Below are positions 55,301 through 64,000 of a stretch of 64,000 bases of DNA, in pieces; position 1 is the first letter of the stretch, and the number at the start of each line of letters is the position of its first letter. The translations under genes were made by a program, and so were the position numbers. Source of the DNA: an uncultured virus (IMG/VR IMGVR_UViG_3300037519_000101) (lineage: Duplodnaviria > Heunggongvirae > Uroviricota > Caudoviricetes); IMG/VR virus record IMGVR_UViG_3300037519_000101. One strand, given 5' to 3'. Under the pieces are notes generated by a model. It saw nothing but the letters and a program-made list of their open reading frames with translations, was not told the origin of the DNA and ran no database searches.

Positions 55301-58300
55301 ACAGCTATTTGTGATGCAATTTCAGATACCCTTCTTAATATTTTACCAGCCTCAGATGTATCTTCTTCTTCACCAACAAACTTTCTAGTTTTTCTACCTT
55401 CCTCATCAACTACATCCTGTACCTCTTCTCTTCTATTAATTACTCTTTCAATAATAGTATCTACTACTTTTTGAGCAACCGATTTAGGTTTGTATGTTTT
55501 ACTTAATGCATCTAAGTATCCCGCTAAATTTTCTAAGTCTTCTTTTAAGTCAGCTTTTTGTTGTTCAGTTAAAGAATCTCCTTTAGCATTTTTACCTGAG
55601 TTGTAAAGTTTTTCTAGTTGTTTATACAATTGGTTTAAGGAAGCAGCAGATTCATTAGCTTCTACTTGCTTCTTGTTGTACTTTAGGAACGGTGGTTTCT
55701 TTAGCTGTTCTGCACGGGCTTTTGACTCAGCTAGTTTTTCTGCATTATAAGTAGCTATTATTTGAGCACCATTTTGTTCAACCCAGTTTGCTCTAGTTTC
55801 TTCATACTTTTCTGGATCAATAGTTTTTAATGTTGGATCACCAGCCTCTACCAAAAATTCATTAAAAGCATTATCAATTAAAACTTTTAAATCATCAGGC
55901 ATGTTATCATATGGAGTATTTACATTTATCTCATCAAAAGTATTTTCATCAATACCTTTCTCAGCATAAGTTGCTTTTATGTCCTCCTCTTTAGCAGTGT
56001 ATTGAGCATCAAGTTGACCAACTTTTTCAGTATATACTTTAAAAGCTTCTGTTGCTTGAACATCCACAACTTCAGCAAAAGGTTTATTTAAGATTTCTTT
56101 TTGCTCTTCAATTTTATCTACTATAAATTCCGGTAATGTTAATGCTGATACAGATGCAAATAATAATTCCTCTTCAGATAATTTATCTGTATATAATTTT
56201 TGGAACATTCCTTGAACTAATGCAAATACTTCAGGATCTGTAGAATCAAGTGCTGTAACTTTATCAAATTCCTCTTCAGAAATTATATTTAATTCAGTTA
56301 ATTTTTCTACTGTATTAATAATATTAGAAGCATTGTTTTTACCAAGAGCATCTAATGCATCAGTTATAGCTTCTATTTTCTCTTGAGCAAGTTTTTTTTG
56401 TTTTTCTAACTCTTCATTTTCTGAAACTATTTCTGCATTTCTTGATTCAACGGTATCTAGTTCTTCACCATACTCATCTAAGAAAGCTTGCTTATAAACA
56501 CCTCTAGCTTTTGCTACAGCAGATTCTTTCTGAGTTTTTAATTCAGAAAGCTGTGCTTCCATCTGTTGTTTATCAGTAAGTTTTTCTCCAGCTGGTTTTC
56601 TATTTATTGTTCTTGAAGCATCTAAGAATATACGTGCATATCTTTCATACAAAACACTCTCTTGAGGAATCACCATCTCTTTTGTAGTGTCAATAAAGTA
56701 TGAAGGTATGTATCTAGGATCATTACACCATTCTGCAAATTCATCTAAGTCAACAAAAATACCTTGAGATGCTAATGTATTTAACACTTCATTTTTTTCT
56801 GAATCAGTAATTTCTTTATTTACAATGTCTTTATAAAGTTCTTTTCTATTTGCATAGATGTTTTTCATCCACTCAAAGTTTCTATTTATATGTTCATAGA
56901 AACCTTTTGGATCAGCAAGTAAGTTGATATATTGAGCAACAGAACCATTTTCTTTTTTTAATTTTTCAATGTCTTTTAACTCATTGAATATTTGATCCAT
57001 ACCACCATTAGTATCTATTTCTCCTCTTAGTTTTGCTATTGCTTGAGCTTCATCATCATAAGAACCATCTTCTTTATTGTTTATAGCTATAGCTTCAAAT
57101 ACATTTTGTAAGCTTTCTCTATAAAGAGTTTCATCCTCTTCACTGATTTCACCTTTTTCATTTAGAATATTTCTCTGAACTGTTTCAAATGCATGTAATG
57201 ATTCAAGTAATTTTGCTTTTCTATTTAGCTCATCATATAATTTTGGATCATTTGTTTCTGCACCAGCTTTGATTTCTTCTATAAGATAACTTATCTGAGT
57301 ACTTAATTTATTTGGGTCAGATAGAATAGCAAAATTACCAAATTGACTACCTGATAAACTTTTAATTTTATTAGTTGACCCATATAATTTTTGTAACCTT
57401 CCTAAATTATTATCAAAAGTGTTTTGTAAAAAGACAAAGCTACCTACAGCTTCACTATATGCTTGATTATATATTTGAGCTTTTTGGTACTCTGGAGAGT
57501 CTTTTTCAAAGTTCTCAATATTTATAAAGTCCTTAAACTTATCTTGAGCAAACTTATATCTTTGATCAGTTATTTTAGCTGTGTTAAGTGCTTTATCAAT
57601 ACTTAATAATGCTTTTTCACCTTGACCTGATTCCAATGACCATGCTTCTTCCAGTTCTTCAGGAGTAAGTGTTTTATATTCACCAAGATTTTTAACAAAC
57701 ATATCAAAAGTACCTGTCTTTAAAGCAGTTATTACAGATTTTTGAAAACCATGGAACTCTAAATCTTTAGCAGTTTTAGTATCTAAGTCATTCGGATTAT
57801 CTACAGCTTTAGCTATTAACATTTGTGTAGAGTAATTACTCATTCTTGGATCAAAGAAATACTTAGCATTCTGATGCATATCATTTAATGCATTAACAAT
57901 GTTATCAGCTTGAGCTTCTCTGTCTTTTAAATTTTGTTGATACAGTTCTTTATCTTTAAATATTCTACTGTATGTTTTAGTACCAAACTTAAATAGCTTA
58001 CTTGGTCCTTCTAATAAACCTGCCATTAAGAAACCAGATCCAAATATTTCAGCACCTTGTGCATTCATTTGTTTACCTAATCCATCTAAGAGAGCTCCAT
58101 AACTATACATAAAACCTGAAGCAGCTTTATTATAGTAACCATCCACAAATTCTTTTTCAGTTGCTGCAGCTAATGCTTCTTGTCCAATCTCTTGAACACC
58201 TTCAACAAGATTTTTCTTAAAGTAGTTAAAACCAGCAGCTCCTAATTTTTTAGGATCTCTTAATGCTTTAAGGGAATTCTTTAGTGATATTGCTTCCTTT

Positions 58301-59595
58301 GAGTAATAAGACTTAGTAATATCATCCGCAGGATTAAAGACAAGTTGAAATTCATCACCTACTTCACCAATTACTTTTCCAAAATTAAATCTTGGAGCAT
58401 TCTTTAAGAAACCTGCTCTTGTAATAGAAGGGAAAGCAATTTTATTTGAATAAAATACTAATCCAGTATTCCATAATGTATTTTTAAATCCAGCTTGTTT
58501 GGCTGTCATCATCATCCGTTGTTGTTCATCTGATGATGGAGCTTGACCAAATTTAGCATAGTGCTCATTGTATAGTCTATCATAAACACTTTTCTGAGAA
58601 AAGCCTCCTTCTAGTCTACCTTCAGACAATGCTAAGTTTACACCCATTATATCATGCCAAAATGCACCAGCAGTTTTAGCTGTCTTAGCTAATCTAGTTA
58701 TATCATCAACTCCTTTTAGAGATTTGTATGCATCATATGTATTCTCTAATGGATTTAAAAATTTAGCAGTACCCTTTACAGTAGATGTAAAAAAGTTTTT
58801 AGCAGCATTTATATTTTTTAATTCACTTACAGCAGTACTGATTTTACCAATGTTTTTAACTGACTGGTAAAGTGCATTAGGGATTTTTGCAAATGCCTCT
58901 AACCCTTTTACAGCACCACCTATAATAGTACCAGGAACAGCACCAACACCTTCTCCACCTACAGCTCCAACAGTTGCTCCAATCATCATACCTTCAGCAA
59001 CACCTTCTAATAAGATACCTGCTGAGTAAGAAACAGAGTTTAATAAGTTTGTAGTAAATCCACCTACACCACCTTTACTTGAGTAACCAAGAGCATTATA
59101 GTATTCATAATCTTTTGCTTCTTGTCTACTTGCTCCAACATCACCACCCATTGCTCCAGCATATGAATTAATAGGAGACATAAAACCAAGTCCGACCATA
59201 GGTAAGGCTGCATTTACAGCCCATCTTTTCATATCATCAAATGTATTTGTCTGTTGATTATATACAGCCTCATTATCAATATGTGGATCAAAACCTATTT
59301 TGTTATATGTTTCTTGACCGTAAGCTTTATATCTTGCTTTGAAAGAAGGACCTGATGGACTATTGTCATAAGCAAAAACATTACCGTATTCATTTTTATC
59401 TTGAAAAGCTGCATCACTTTGTTTTATTGAACTTGACAGACCTTTCATAAAATCTCTAGTACTACTAGTATTTTTAGCAGGTGTCTTTGGAGTTACACCT
59501 GATATAGCTTGTCTAGTATCAATAATTTTACTAGTATTGGATAAATTATTAACATCCAAATCATTCATGTTTGAAACAATCTTAGTATTTGCCAT
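52372..59595 (-). CDS. Giant virion cargo protein with Gly-rich hydrophobic segments and a PD-(D/E)XK nuclease domain
   Basis: GATVGAVGGEGVGAVPGTIIGG; E...GEIDLL...IIDIKT...QLSIY. Confidence 0.8.
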   Translation of the reverse strand: MANTKIVSNMNDLDVNNLSNTSKIIDTRQAISGVTPKTPAKNTSSTRDFMKGLSSSIKQSDAAFQDKNEYGNVFAYDNSPSGPSFKARYKAYGQETYNKIGFDPHIDNEAVYNQQTNTFDDMKRWAVNAALPMVGLGFMSPINSYAGAMGGDVGASRQEAKDYEYYNALGYSSKGGVGGFTTNLLNSVSYSAGILLEGVAEGMMIGATVGAVGGEGVGAVPGTIIGGAVKGLEAFAKIPNALYQSVKNIGKISTAVSELKNINAAKNFFTSTVKGTAKFLNPLENTYDAYKSLKGVDDITRLAKTAKTAGAFWHDIMGVNLALSEGRLEGGFSQKSVYDRLYNEHYAKFGQAPSSDEQQRMMMTAKQAGFKNTLWNTGLVFYSNKIAFPSITRAGFLKNAPRFNFGKVIGEVGDEFQLVFNPADDITKSYYSKEAISLKNSLKALRDPKKLGAAGFNYFKKNLVEGVQEIGQEALAAATEKEFVDGYYNKAASGFMYSYGALLDGLGKQMNAQGAEIFGSGFLMAGLLEGPSKLFKFGTKTYSRIFKDKELYQQNLKDREAQADNIVNALNDMHQNAKYFFDPRMSNYSTQMLIAKAVDNPNDLDTKTAKDLEFHGFQKSVITALKTGTFDMFVKNLGEYKTLTPEELEEAWSLESGQGEKALLSIDKALNTAKITDQRYKFAQDKFKDFINIENFEKDSPEYQKAQIYNQAYSEAVGSFVFLQNTFDNNLGRLQKLYGSTNKIKSLSGSQFGNFAILSDPNKLSTQISYLIEEIKAGAETNDPKLYDELNRKAKLLESLHAFETVQRNILNEKGEISEEDETLYRESLQNVFEAIAINNKEDGSYDDEAQAIAKLRGEIDTNGGMDQIFNELKDIEKLKKENGSVAQYINLLADPKGFYEHINRNFEWMKNIYANRKELYKDIVNKEITDSEKNEVLNTLASQGIFVDLDEFAEWCNDPRYIPSYFIDTTKEMVIPQESVLYERYARIFLDASRTINRKPAGEKLTDKQQMEAQLSELKTQKESAVAKARGVYKQAFLDEYGEELDTVESRNAEIVSENEELEKQKKLAQEKIEAITDALDALGKNNASNIINTVEKLTELNIISEEEFDKVTALDSTDPEVFALVQGMFQKLYTDKLSEEELLFASVSALTLPEFIVDKIEEQKEILNKPFAEVVDVQATEAFKVYTEKVGQLDAQYTAKEEDIKATYAEKGIDENTFDEINVNTPYDNMPDDLKVLIDNAFNEFLVEAGDPTLKTIDPEKYEETRANWVEQNGAQIIATYNAEKLAESKARAEQLKKPPFLKYNKKQVEANESAASLNQLYKQLEKLYNSGKNAKGDSLTEQQKADLKEDLENLAGYLDALSKTYKPKSVAQKVVDTIIERVINRREEVQDVVDEEGRKTRKFVGEEEDTSEAGKILRRVSEIASQIAVDKSGFEYAGYNKKGDLIKRFASVLENETDPNKAVDTFMALFKKLSLGGGYDQFNSKAKLAAVEEGLRKEPTVERLEKLIDEYAFKESTDAGTKVDELIRKFLTLDSGSGEGFAEVKYTGTIDINGVDYKVSDFMSQKAFNRLFGPGGIVSSIRSKMIDGKFVLFPENLLVFDKTLGITGEIDLLAVNAKGEIMIIDIKTSKKWGDYKNPNNYKNISHRAQLSIYATLFYNMTGIKAEQLRVLPLQIDVNVDGYVRDIDKAKVDVLGEDGKPIKMDDNKTNKQELLAKGYYPLPFLEDIAEYGVTMIEPKFETDLTEEDGDLEGTGETKDTSDKVEEIEDLSKTSLSNLLNKTVLFNGRLGKVVTLPNGSFGIEYRVTKDIDLLEQLVASLEKDLEADDLLETPDPEYRKGLDNKITELQKEIKDGNAKGGKEIVTLYYKFKPVTDSSLDGLDLGIGVVTGITFPFQVNRLNGQYIKAEFTNEDETTAIINDVRYDVIRDKTGAIAALSYRKNEKQILRNDLEIQELNKELNRIYQIVKKQNVKQKSTITKLFVLNQIAQLKDSIEVLEKVNNKLIETNDLIFEKGGNANDYIFALNTLPNSFQKATKNFKPLEEVKHLKEIDRLSLSSAVSKAITEALETDYPEQLDTLMEKGVKAITPVQLMGIYYWIDQSIDSLNALGETIINRGDLVDDVSNQINELLHLKNDLNLIKIIEDGKTKKPRISKQQGAANKVFGATTKVQKGTGVSQNEKSTGKQTKAVSGLPEQGVSTEELKQIVGSAKQIKPVFTAPKVQATENSDLFDGINNAKNETELREAYTNAINNRGDVSAVNVQQAFENRKKELQNVSADTLEKGSLLISKTAIFDGAENVVVEVTSMNKSSKQVVVKIYGTDTKKTFTEQELKDNFTKYSKEAMEAEKEKETPVTEETQDNSTISKENFEEFSNNKDVIQEAEKEAESTDKATRFNNLFNNSKTC

Positions 59596-59597
59596 TA

Positions 59598-62500
59598 TTA
59601 TAATGTATTAAATCCTGGATTTTTTGGAGCTCTACCAAATTTTTCATTAAAAGCTTTTACAACTTTTTCATTATTTGAATTATGAAATCTTTCATAATCT
59701 CCTTTAAGTCTTGCATTTGCATCAGCAAAGCTTTTCATAATATTATTTAATTTATTATCAATTTGTTTACCAAAAGGCTGTGCCATACTAGATTCTTTCT
59801 GTTCAAAATATTCACCATTTTCATCAACAGCTCTTATTACAGTAGTGTAACGATAATTACCTGTAACATTATCTTTGTCAAAAATTACTGTATGTCCATA
59901 AGAAGGATCTACATAAGATAATTTTTTACCAGTGTTTAATATTGCTTCTGTAGGAGTAATTCTGTTTGATTGAAATAAACTATTTTTCCAATTACTTGTA
60001 GGTGCAATATAAGTGATACCGTTTGTTTTTATCTTATCAATTACTTCAGCATCTGTTTTTTCATCAAAATATTTTTTAATAACTTCATTAGGTATATTAC
60101 TAATTTCCATAGCTCCTAAATCAGAATTTTCAGCAGCAATTTGAGATTGTGCAAGCTTGAATATAGTTGGGTTACTTCTTTGATTTTTATTTTTTGACAG
60201 ATTTTTTAAATCAAATAACATGTTATATAATTTGTTATTTAAATTCACATCAGGATTAGCATCAGGATCATATTCATTACCATCTAAAGAAACTCTATAA
60301 CTATTTTTATCAGCTTGATTAAAATTAATCTTAGTTAAGTCATATAAAAATTGATTAAAAGAAATTAAATTATCATCTTTTCTTCCTAAGTTTACGTCAA
60401 TAAATGTTGGTATTGCACCCTTTGATGCTTTACTACCTGCAGTACCTTTTGTATCTGGTAAATAAGATATCAAACCTAACTTATGATCAGGTTGATAAAC
60501 AATATTTTCATATTCATTATTCATTTCACTTAATAAATCAGAAGAAGAAAATGAATTTGAAATTGCTTCTAAAGTACCTAATGGATTTCCTGGATTAAGA
60601 CCAACTATAGTTGGAAGAGCTTTAATAGTTTTACCCGCTCTTTCAAAGAATCCAGGAGGACTTGCTTTTTTTCCTGTTCTTTTTTCATAGCTGTCAAATA
60701 TGTTTTCTAAAACATCATTGAATTCATCATCTTCCCATGTTTCACCAGTTACATATTTTTTAAGATATTGATCAATAATTGTATATCTTAATGCTTTATC
60801 TTTAATACCGGTATTTTCTAACTTAGTACTTAATGTATTAGCAATTCTTTTTCTATTTTCTTCTTTAGTATCTCTATGAACTTTATAAAACATTCTCATT
60901 TGATCAAGTTTATAACTTGAAATTGATGAGTGTGTATTATAGTCTTCACCTACACTTGTACCATTATTTTTTAAAGCCCAAGCATCCATTCTCTTTTTAT
61001 AATCAAAAATTTTAGCATTAATAGTAAGATCTCTAACAAGTTTTTGTCTACCATCCGCACCATTATCAAAGTTATTTTGAATTTCATTCCAAATTTTTTG
61101 ACCACCAGCACGGTCTGTACCAAATAAATATGCTAAATCATTAGCTTTAATTTCACCGAGAGTAATACCATTTTTGATAGAGTTGACCCAAGTCTCAACA
61201 TAACCACTTGACAAGTTATCAATGTTTTCAATTAGAACTTCTCTATTATGTTTAACCATATTAACAGTACGACTATCTGTTTGACCTCCTTTACCACTTT
61301 TACTTTTATCTAGTTGTTGTGGTGAAGCTGGTGTAAGAATTATTTCTCCTGAATAAGGATCCCTAGCTATTTGTCCTGTATCAGGATCTATCTCTGCTAA
61401 GTCATTCTCTAATAGATATTTTATTCTAGCATCCTCACTTGCAGCATTTATTTTTGCAGTTGCTCTTCTATCCGCTCTTTCATTATTAATTTGATCTCTC
61501 TGCATTGCATTCTGATGCCTAACAGTCTCAAGACCTAGAGGACTTATTTCTTTCTTGTAGATCATATCATTTTTAGAATATGCATCTGCAGCAAATATAA
61601 TATCTTGTTCAGCTAAATAACTTGCAAGCAATCTATCTACATTAGATCTAGCTTGCTCAAGATTATCTAAGTTTAATCCTTCAACACTAGTTATGTCATT
61701 TCCTTGTATAGTTCCATTACCAGATGGATCAATTTCTTCACTTAGATCTCTGTTATGTTTGTATACAATTTCATCTACTTCAATTGCTTGTGCAATTTTT
61801 TGTAAGTAAGCAGGTTGAAAAGGATTTACTTTACCGTTACTTATATCTTGTTCTACATTATTTTTTTTATTAGTAGATACTGTAACAGCTTCTTCAGATT
61901 GTTTTGTTTTTTCTTTAGTATAATCTTTAAGGAATAAAAACTGTTCCTTTAAAAATTCTTTTTCAGCTAAAACTTCATTATCACCATATTTACTTGCTCT
62001 AGCTTTTGCTTCATCTTTTCTTTTTACATATGCTTCTGTAGAATATTTCTTTTGTAAAGCAGGATCATTAATGTAATCAGCATAAAACATCTTTTGTAGT
62101 GTAGGAATAATAAGGTCTCCATTTTTTTGTCTAACTGTATACATACCACTTGCATCTGGTTCAGTAATATCAACAGATAAGTTGTATTCCTTAGCCATAT
62201 CCAAGTATTGTTTTGTAGCATTAACATTTGGAGTATACATAATATTTCCAAAACCTAAAACATCAGCTTCAGCTGCATTTTTAAATTCTTCCAATCTGTA
62301 ATCCATGTCTTTAATACCTACATCCCAGTATGCACCTCTATCTTCTTTATTTTTACTTGCTGCTAATGCTAATGCTCTTGACTTTTCATCTTTATAGTTC
62401 TTAGTAAGAGCCATATCTTTCATCAAGTTCTTATTTTCATAGACAGGTCTAAAAATTTGTTTAGCTTGTTCTACATTTTGTTCAAGAGATAAATCTAAAC

Positions 62501-62738
62501 CTGATACTCTCTTTAATTCATAGTCTATATTTTTTAGATAATCATCTTTCATCTTATTACTAGAATCTCTAGTAACATCTTGATAGTATAATTGTCCATA
62601 TAAATTATTTAATTGCTTATAATTCTTGTCATATTGATTTTGCTTTGTTTGCAAAACATTATTATAAAAATTATAGTCAGGCTGAAATGGTTGAAAATCA
62701 GGAATATAATCTGTTACACCTTGTATATATGAAGCCAT
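59598..62738 (-). CDS. Probable virion cargo/structural protein
   Basis: 1046-aa ORF in the cargo operon; function inferred from position. Confidence 0.7.
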   Translation of the reverse strand: MASYIQGVTDYIPDFQPFQPDYNFYNNVLQTKQNQYDKNYKQLNNLYGQLYYQDVTRDSSNKMKDDYLKNIDYELKRVSGLDLSLEQNVEQAKQIFRPVYENKNLMKDMALTKNYKDEKSRALALAASKNKEDRGAYWDVGIKDMDYRLEEFKNAAEADVLGFGNIMYTPNVNATKQYLDMAKEYNLSVDITEPDASGMYTVRQKNGDLIIPTLQKMFYADYINDPALQKKYSTEAYVKRKDEAKARASKYGDNEVLAEKEFLKEQFLFLKDYTKEKTKQSEEAVTVSTNKKNNVEQDISNGKVNPFQPAYLQKIAQAIEVDEIVYKHNRDLSEEIDPSGNGTIQGNDITSVEGLNLDNLEQARSNVDRLLASYLAEQDIIFAADAYSKNDMIYKKEISPLGLETVRHQNAMQRDQINNERADRRATAKINAASEDARIKYLLENDLAEIDPDTGQIARDPYSGEIILTPASPQQLDKSKSGKGGQTDSRTVNMVKHNREVLIENIDNLSSGYVETWVNSIKNGITLGEIKANDLAYLFGTDRAGGQKIWNEIQNNFDNGADGRQKLVRDLTINAKIFDYKKRMDAWALKNNGTSVGEDYNTHSSISSYKLDQMRMFYKVHRDTKEENRKRIANTLSTKLENTGIKDKALRYTIIDQYLKKYVTGETWEDDEFNDVLENIFDSYEKRTGKKASPPGFFERAGKTIKALPTIVGLNPGNPLGTLEAISNSFSSSDLLSEMNNEYENIVYQPDHKLGLISYLPDTKGTAGSKASKGAIPTFIDVNLGRKDDNLISFNQFLYDLTKINFNQADKNSYRVSLDGNEYDPDANPDVNLNNKLYNMLFDLKNLSKNKNQRSNPTIFKLAQSQIAAENSDLGAMEISNIPNEVIKKYFDEKTDAEVIDKIKTNGITYIAPTSNWKNSLFQSNRITPTEAILNTGKKLSYVDPSYGHTVIFDKDNVTGNYRYTTVIRAVDENGEYFEQKESSMAQPFGKQIDNKLNNIMKSFADANARLKGDYERFHNSNNEKVVKAFNEKFGRAPKNPGFNTL

Positions 62739-62798
62739 AATTAATTTTTTCTATTGTAAATCTATAAAATTTTTAATTTCTCAGTAAACATCAAAAGT

Positions 62799-64000
62799 TT
62801 AGAGTATAAATGGGTAAGTTATATCACTATACATAAAGCCTCCTTTTTGTTTATATATTGACATAACTTTTTGAGCATCCTCATCACTACCATCACCACC
62901 AGAACTCATACTTTCGCTTTTGCGTTTTGCACAATTTTCAAGAGCCTGACCCTCAAGACCTTGTTTTCTACAAAATGCATATATTGCATCATCATCAGGT
63001 CCTGACATTTCAGGTTTAACCTTTCTAGATTTAGTCGGATCATATGTAACTTTACCACCTCTACCAGCAGCAGTATCAAACTGAGGATACAATTGATTCA
63101 TCGCATCTGTTTTCATCATGTTTGTTATACCTGATGTAGTTTGATTCAATAAATTATTTCTTAATGCTCTCTTAGTATTATCATACTGTTGATTAGAAAT
63201 TGTATTTTGGTCATACATTTTTTGTTGAGCCGCTGTATTTAATTGTTGCTCTTGATTCTCAATGTTAGAAATATTTGATTCAAATTGGTTAGCAATATTT
63301 ACATTGGCGTTATTGTATTTAGCCATTACATCAGCAGCATTTTTACTAGCCGCACCCATCACACCAGAAGATCTAGCTGACAAAGCTTGAGGACCTGCAA
63401 ATTGACCCAAAGCTTGAGTTTGGATATTAGCTTGTTCAGCATTAGCAGCAAGTTCTCTTGTTGGATCCATGAATGTAGGTTTTGGTGTTCTCAAATCATA
63501 CTTAGCAGCCCAAGGCATGTATTTCTTAGCACCCATTAAATCACCAAAAGCACCTGCAATTTTCATTTTATCTTGCAACCACATTTCAGGTTCAGTCTCT
63601 TGAGCAGGAGTACCACTTTCTACACATGGAGGACAACTATTATCAGCATTTCTTTCTGGTACATAAGAAGTTCCATCAGCTCTAGTACATTCTGGACATG
63701 GACCTGTAGCTTGTTCTTTCTTTTCTTCTGGTACAGCTTCAAAGTTTCCTCTATCAACTGCTGGATCAACACCATGAGCAAGTGTGGAATTTTCTGCATC
63801 ACCATCTATAGGAGACATTGTAGCATATTCAGAACCATATAATGTTCCCATTTCAGTTTCATCTGCACCACCTGTATTAGTTTCTCTACTTTTATCTTTT
63901 CCTAAGAATTGATACATTGAATATTTTTGATCATCATCAAATTTATCATAAGCACCACTTTTTTTATTTCTTTGTACTCCTGCAATAGCATGTGTACTAG
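62799..64000 (-). CDS. Probable virion protein, 5'-truncated by the window
   Basis: Frame stays open from 63917 to the window end; Gln/Asn/Ala-rich helical region. Confidence 0.75.
   Translation of the reverse strand, partial: STHAIAGVQRNKKSGAYDKFDDDQKYSMYQFLGKDKSRETNTGGADETEMGTLYGSEYATMSPIDGDAENSTLAHGVDPAVDRGNFEAVPEEKKEQATGPCPECTRADGTSYVPERNADNSCPPCVESGTPAQETEPEMWLQDKMKIAGAFGDLMGAKKYMPWAAKYDLRTPKPTFMDPTRELAANAEQANIQTQALGQFAGPQALSARSSGVMGAASKNAADVMAKYNNANVNIANQFESNISNIENQEQQLNTAAQQKMYDQNTISNQQYDNTKRALRNNLLNQTTSGITNMMKTDAMNQLYPQFDTAAGRGGKVTYDPTKSRKVKPEMSGPDDDAIYAFCRKQGLEGQALENCAKRKSESMSSGGDGSDEDAQKVMSIYKQKGGFMYSDITYPFIL

Noticed and set aside
39510..63842. Numerous + strand and off-frame ORFs inside the giant genes
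   Set aside because: Shadow ORFs with Ser/Leu/Phe-rich composition typical of the antisense of AT-rich genes.
1..64000. Stop-codon reassignment as in some crAss-like phages
   Set aside because: Genes up to 9.8 kb are intact in the standard code, and TAG, TGA and TAA all end genes.
1..64000. CRISPR array, diversity-generating retroelement or retron
   Set aside because: No repeat-spacer array, template/variable repeat pair or reverse transcriptase motif was seen by eye.

Overview
This is an AT-rich bacteriophage genome segment, most consistent with a crAss-like (Crassvirales-related) phage of a Bacteroidota host. All functional calls come from motif reading; no database search was run. The + strand (1-34.85 kb) holds small early genes and then a replication, recombination and nucleotide block: SF2 helicase, ClpS, GH73-like hydrolase, spore-photoproduct-lyase-like radical SAM, UDG, DnaB, AAA_24 ATPase, primase, metallopeptidase-vWA/MoxR pair, PD-(D/E)XK nuclease, family B DNA polymerase, ThyX and MazG. 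The - strand (34.9-64 kb) holds giant virion cargo genes, including a 3273-aa RNA polymerase with the DFDID motif. The two blocks converge at a terminator at 34.86 kb. No capsid, terminase, CRISPR array or reverse transcriptase is visible. Highlights: (1) a group I intron with a LAGLIDADG gene splits the HELLH zinc site of the metallopeptidase; (2) a set of unusual structured RNAs: a twister-ribozyme-like fold with a tRNA-elbow-like insert, a tRNA scaffold whose anticodon loop is replaced by a 45-nt module, a kissing-loop element, and a T4-gene-32-like pseudoknot; (3) cysteines sit specifically at the abutting termini of the three giant cargo proteins, suggesting a head-to-tail disulfide chain; (4) a PHPT1/Janus-like domain in an early protein; (5) a polyvalent GNAT/zincin/nucleotidyltransferase/LysM cargo protein.
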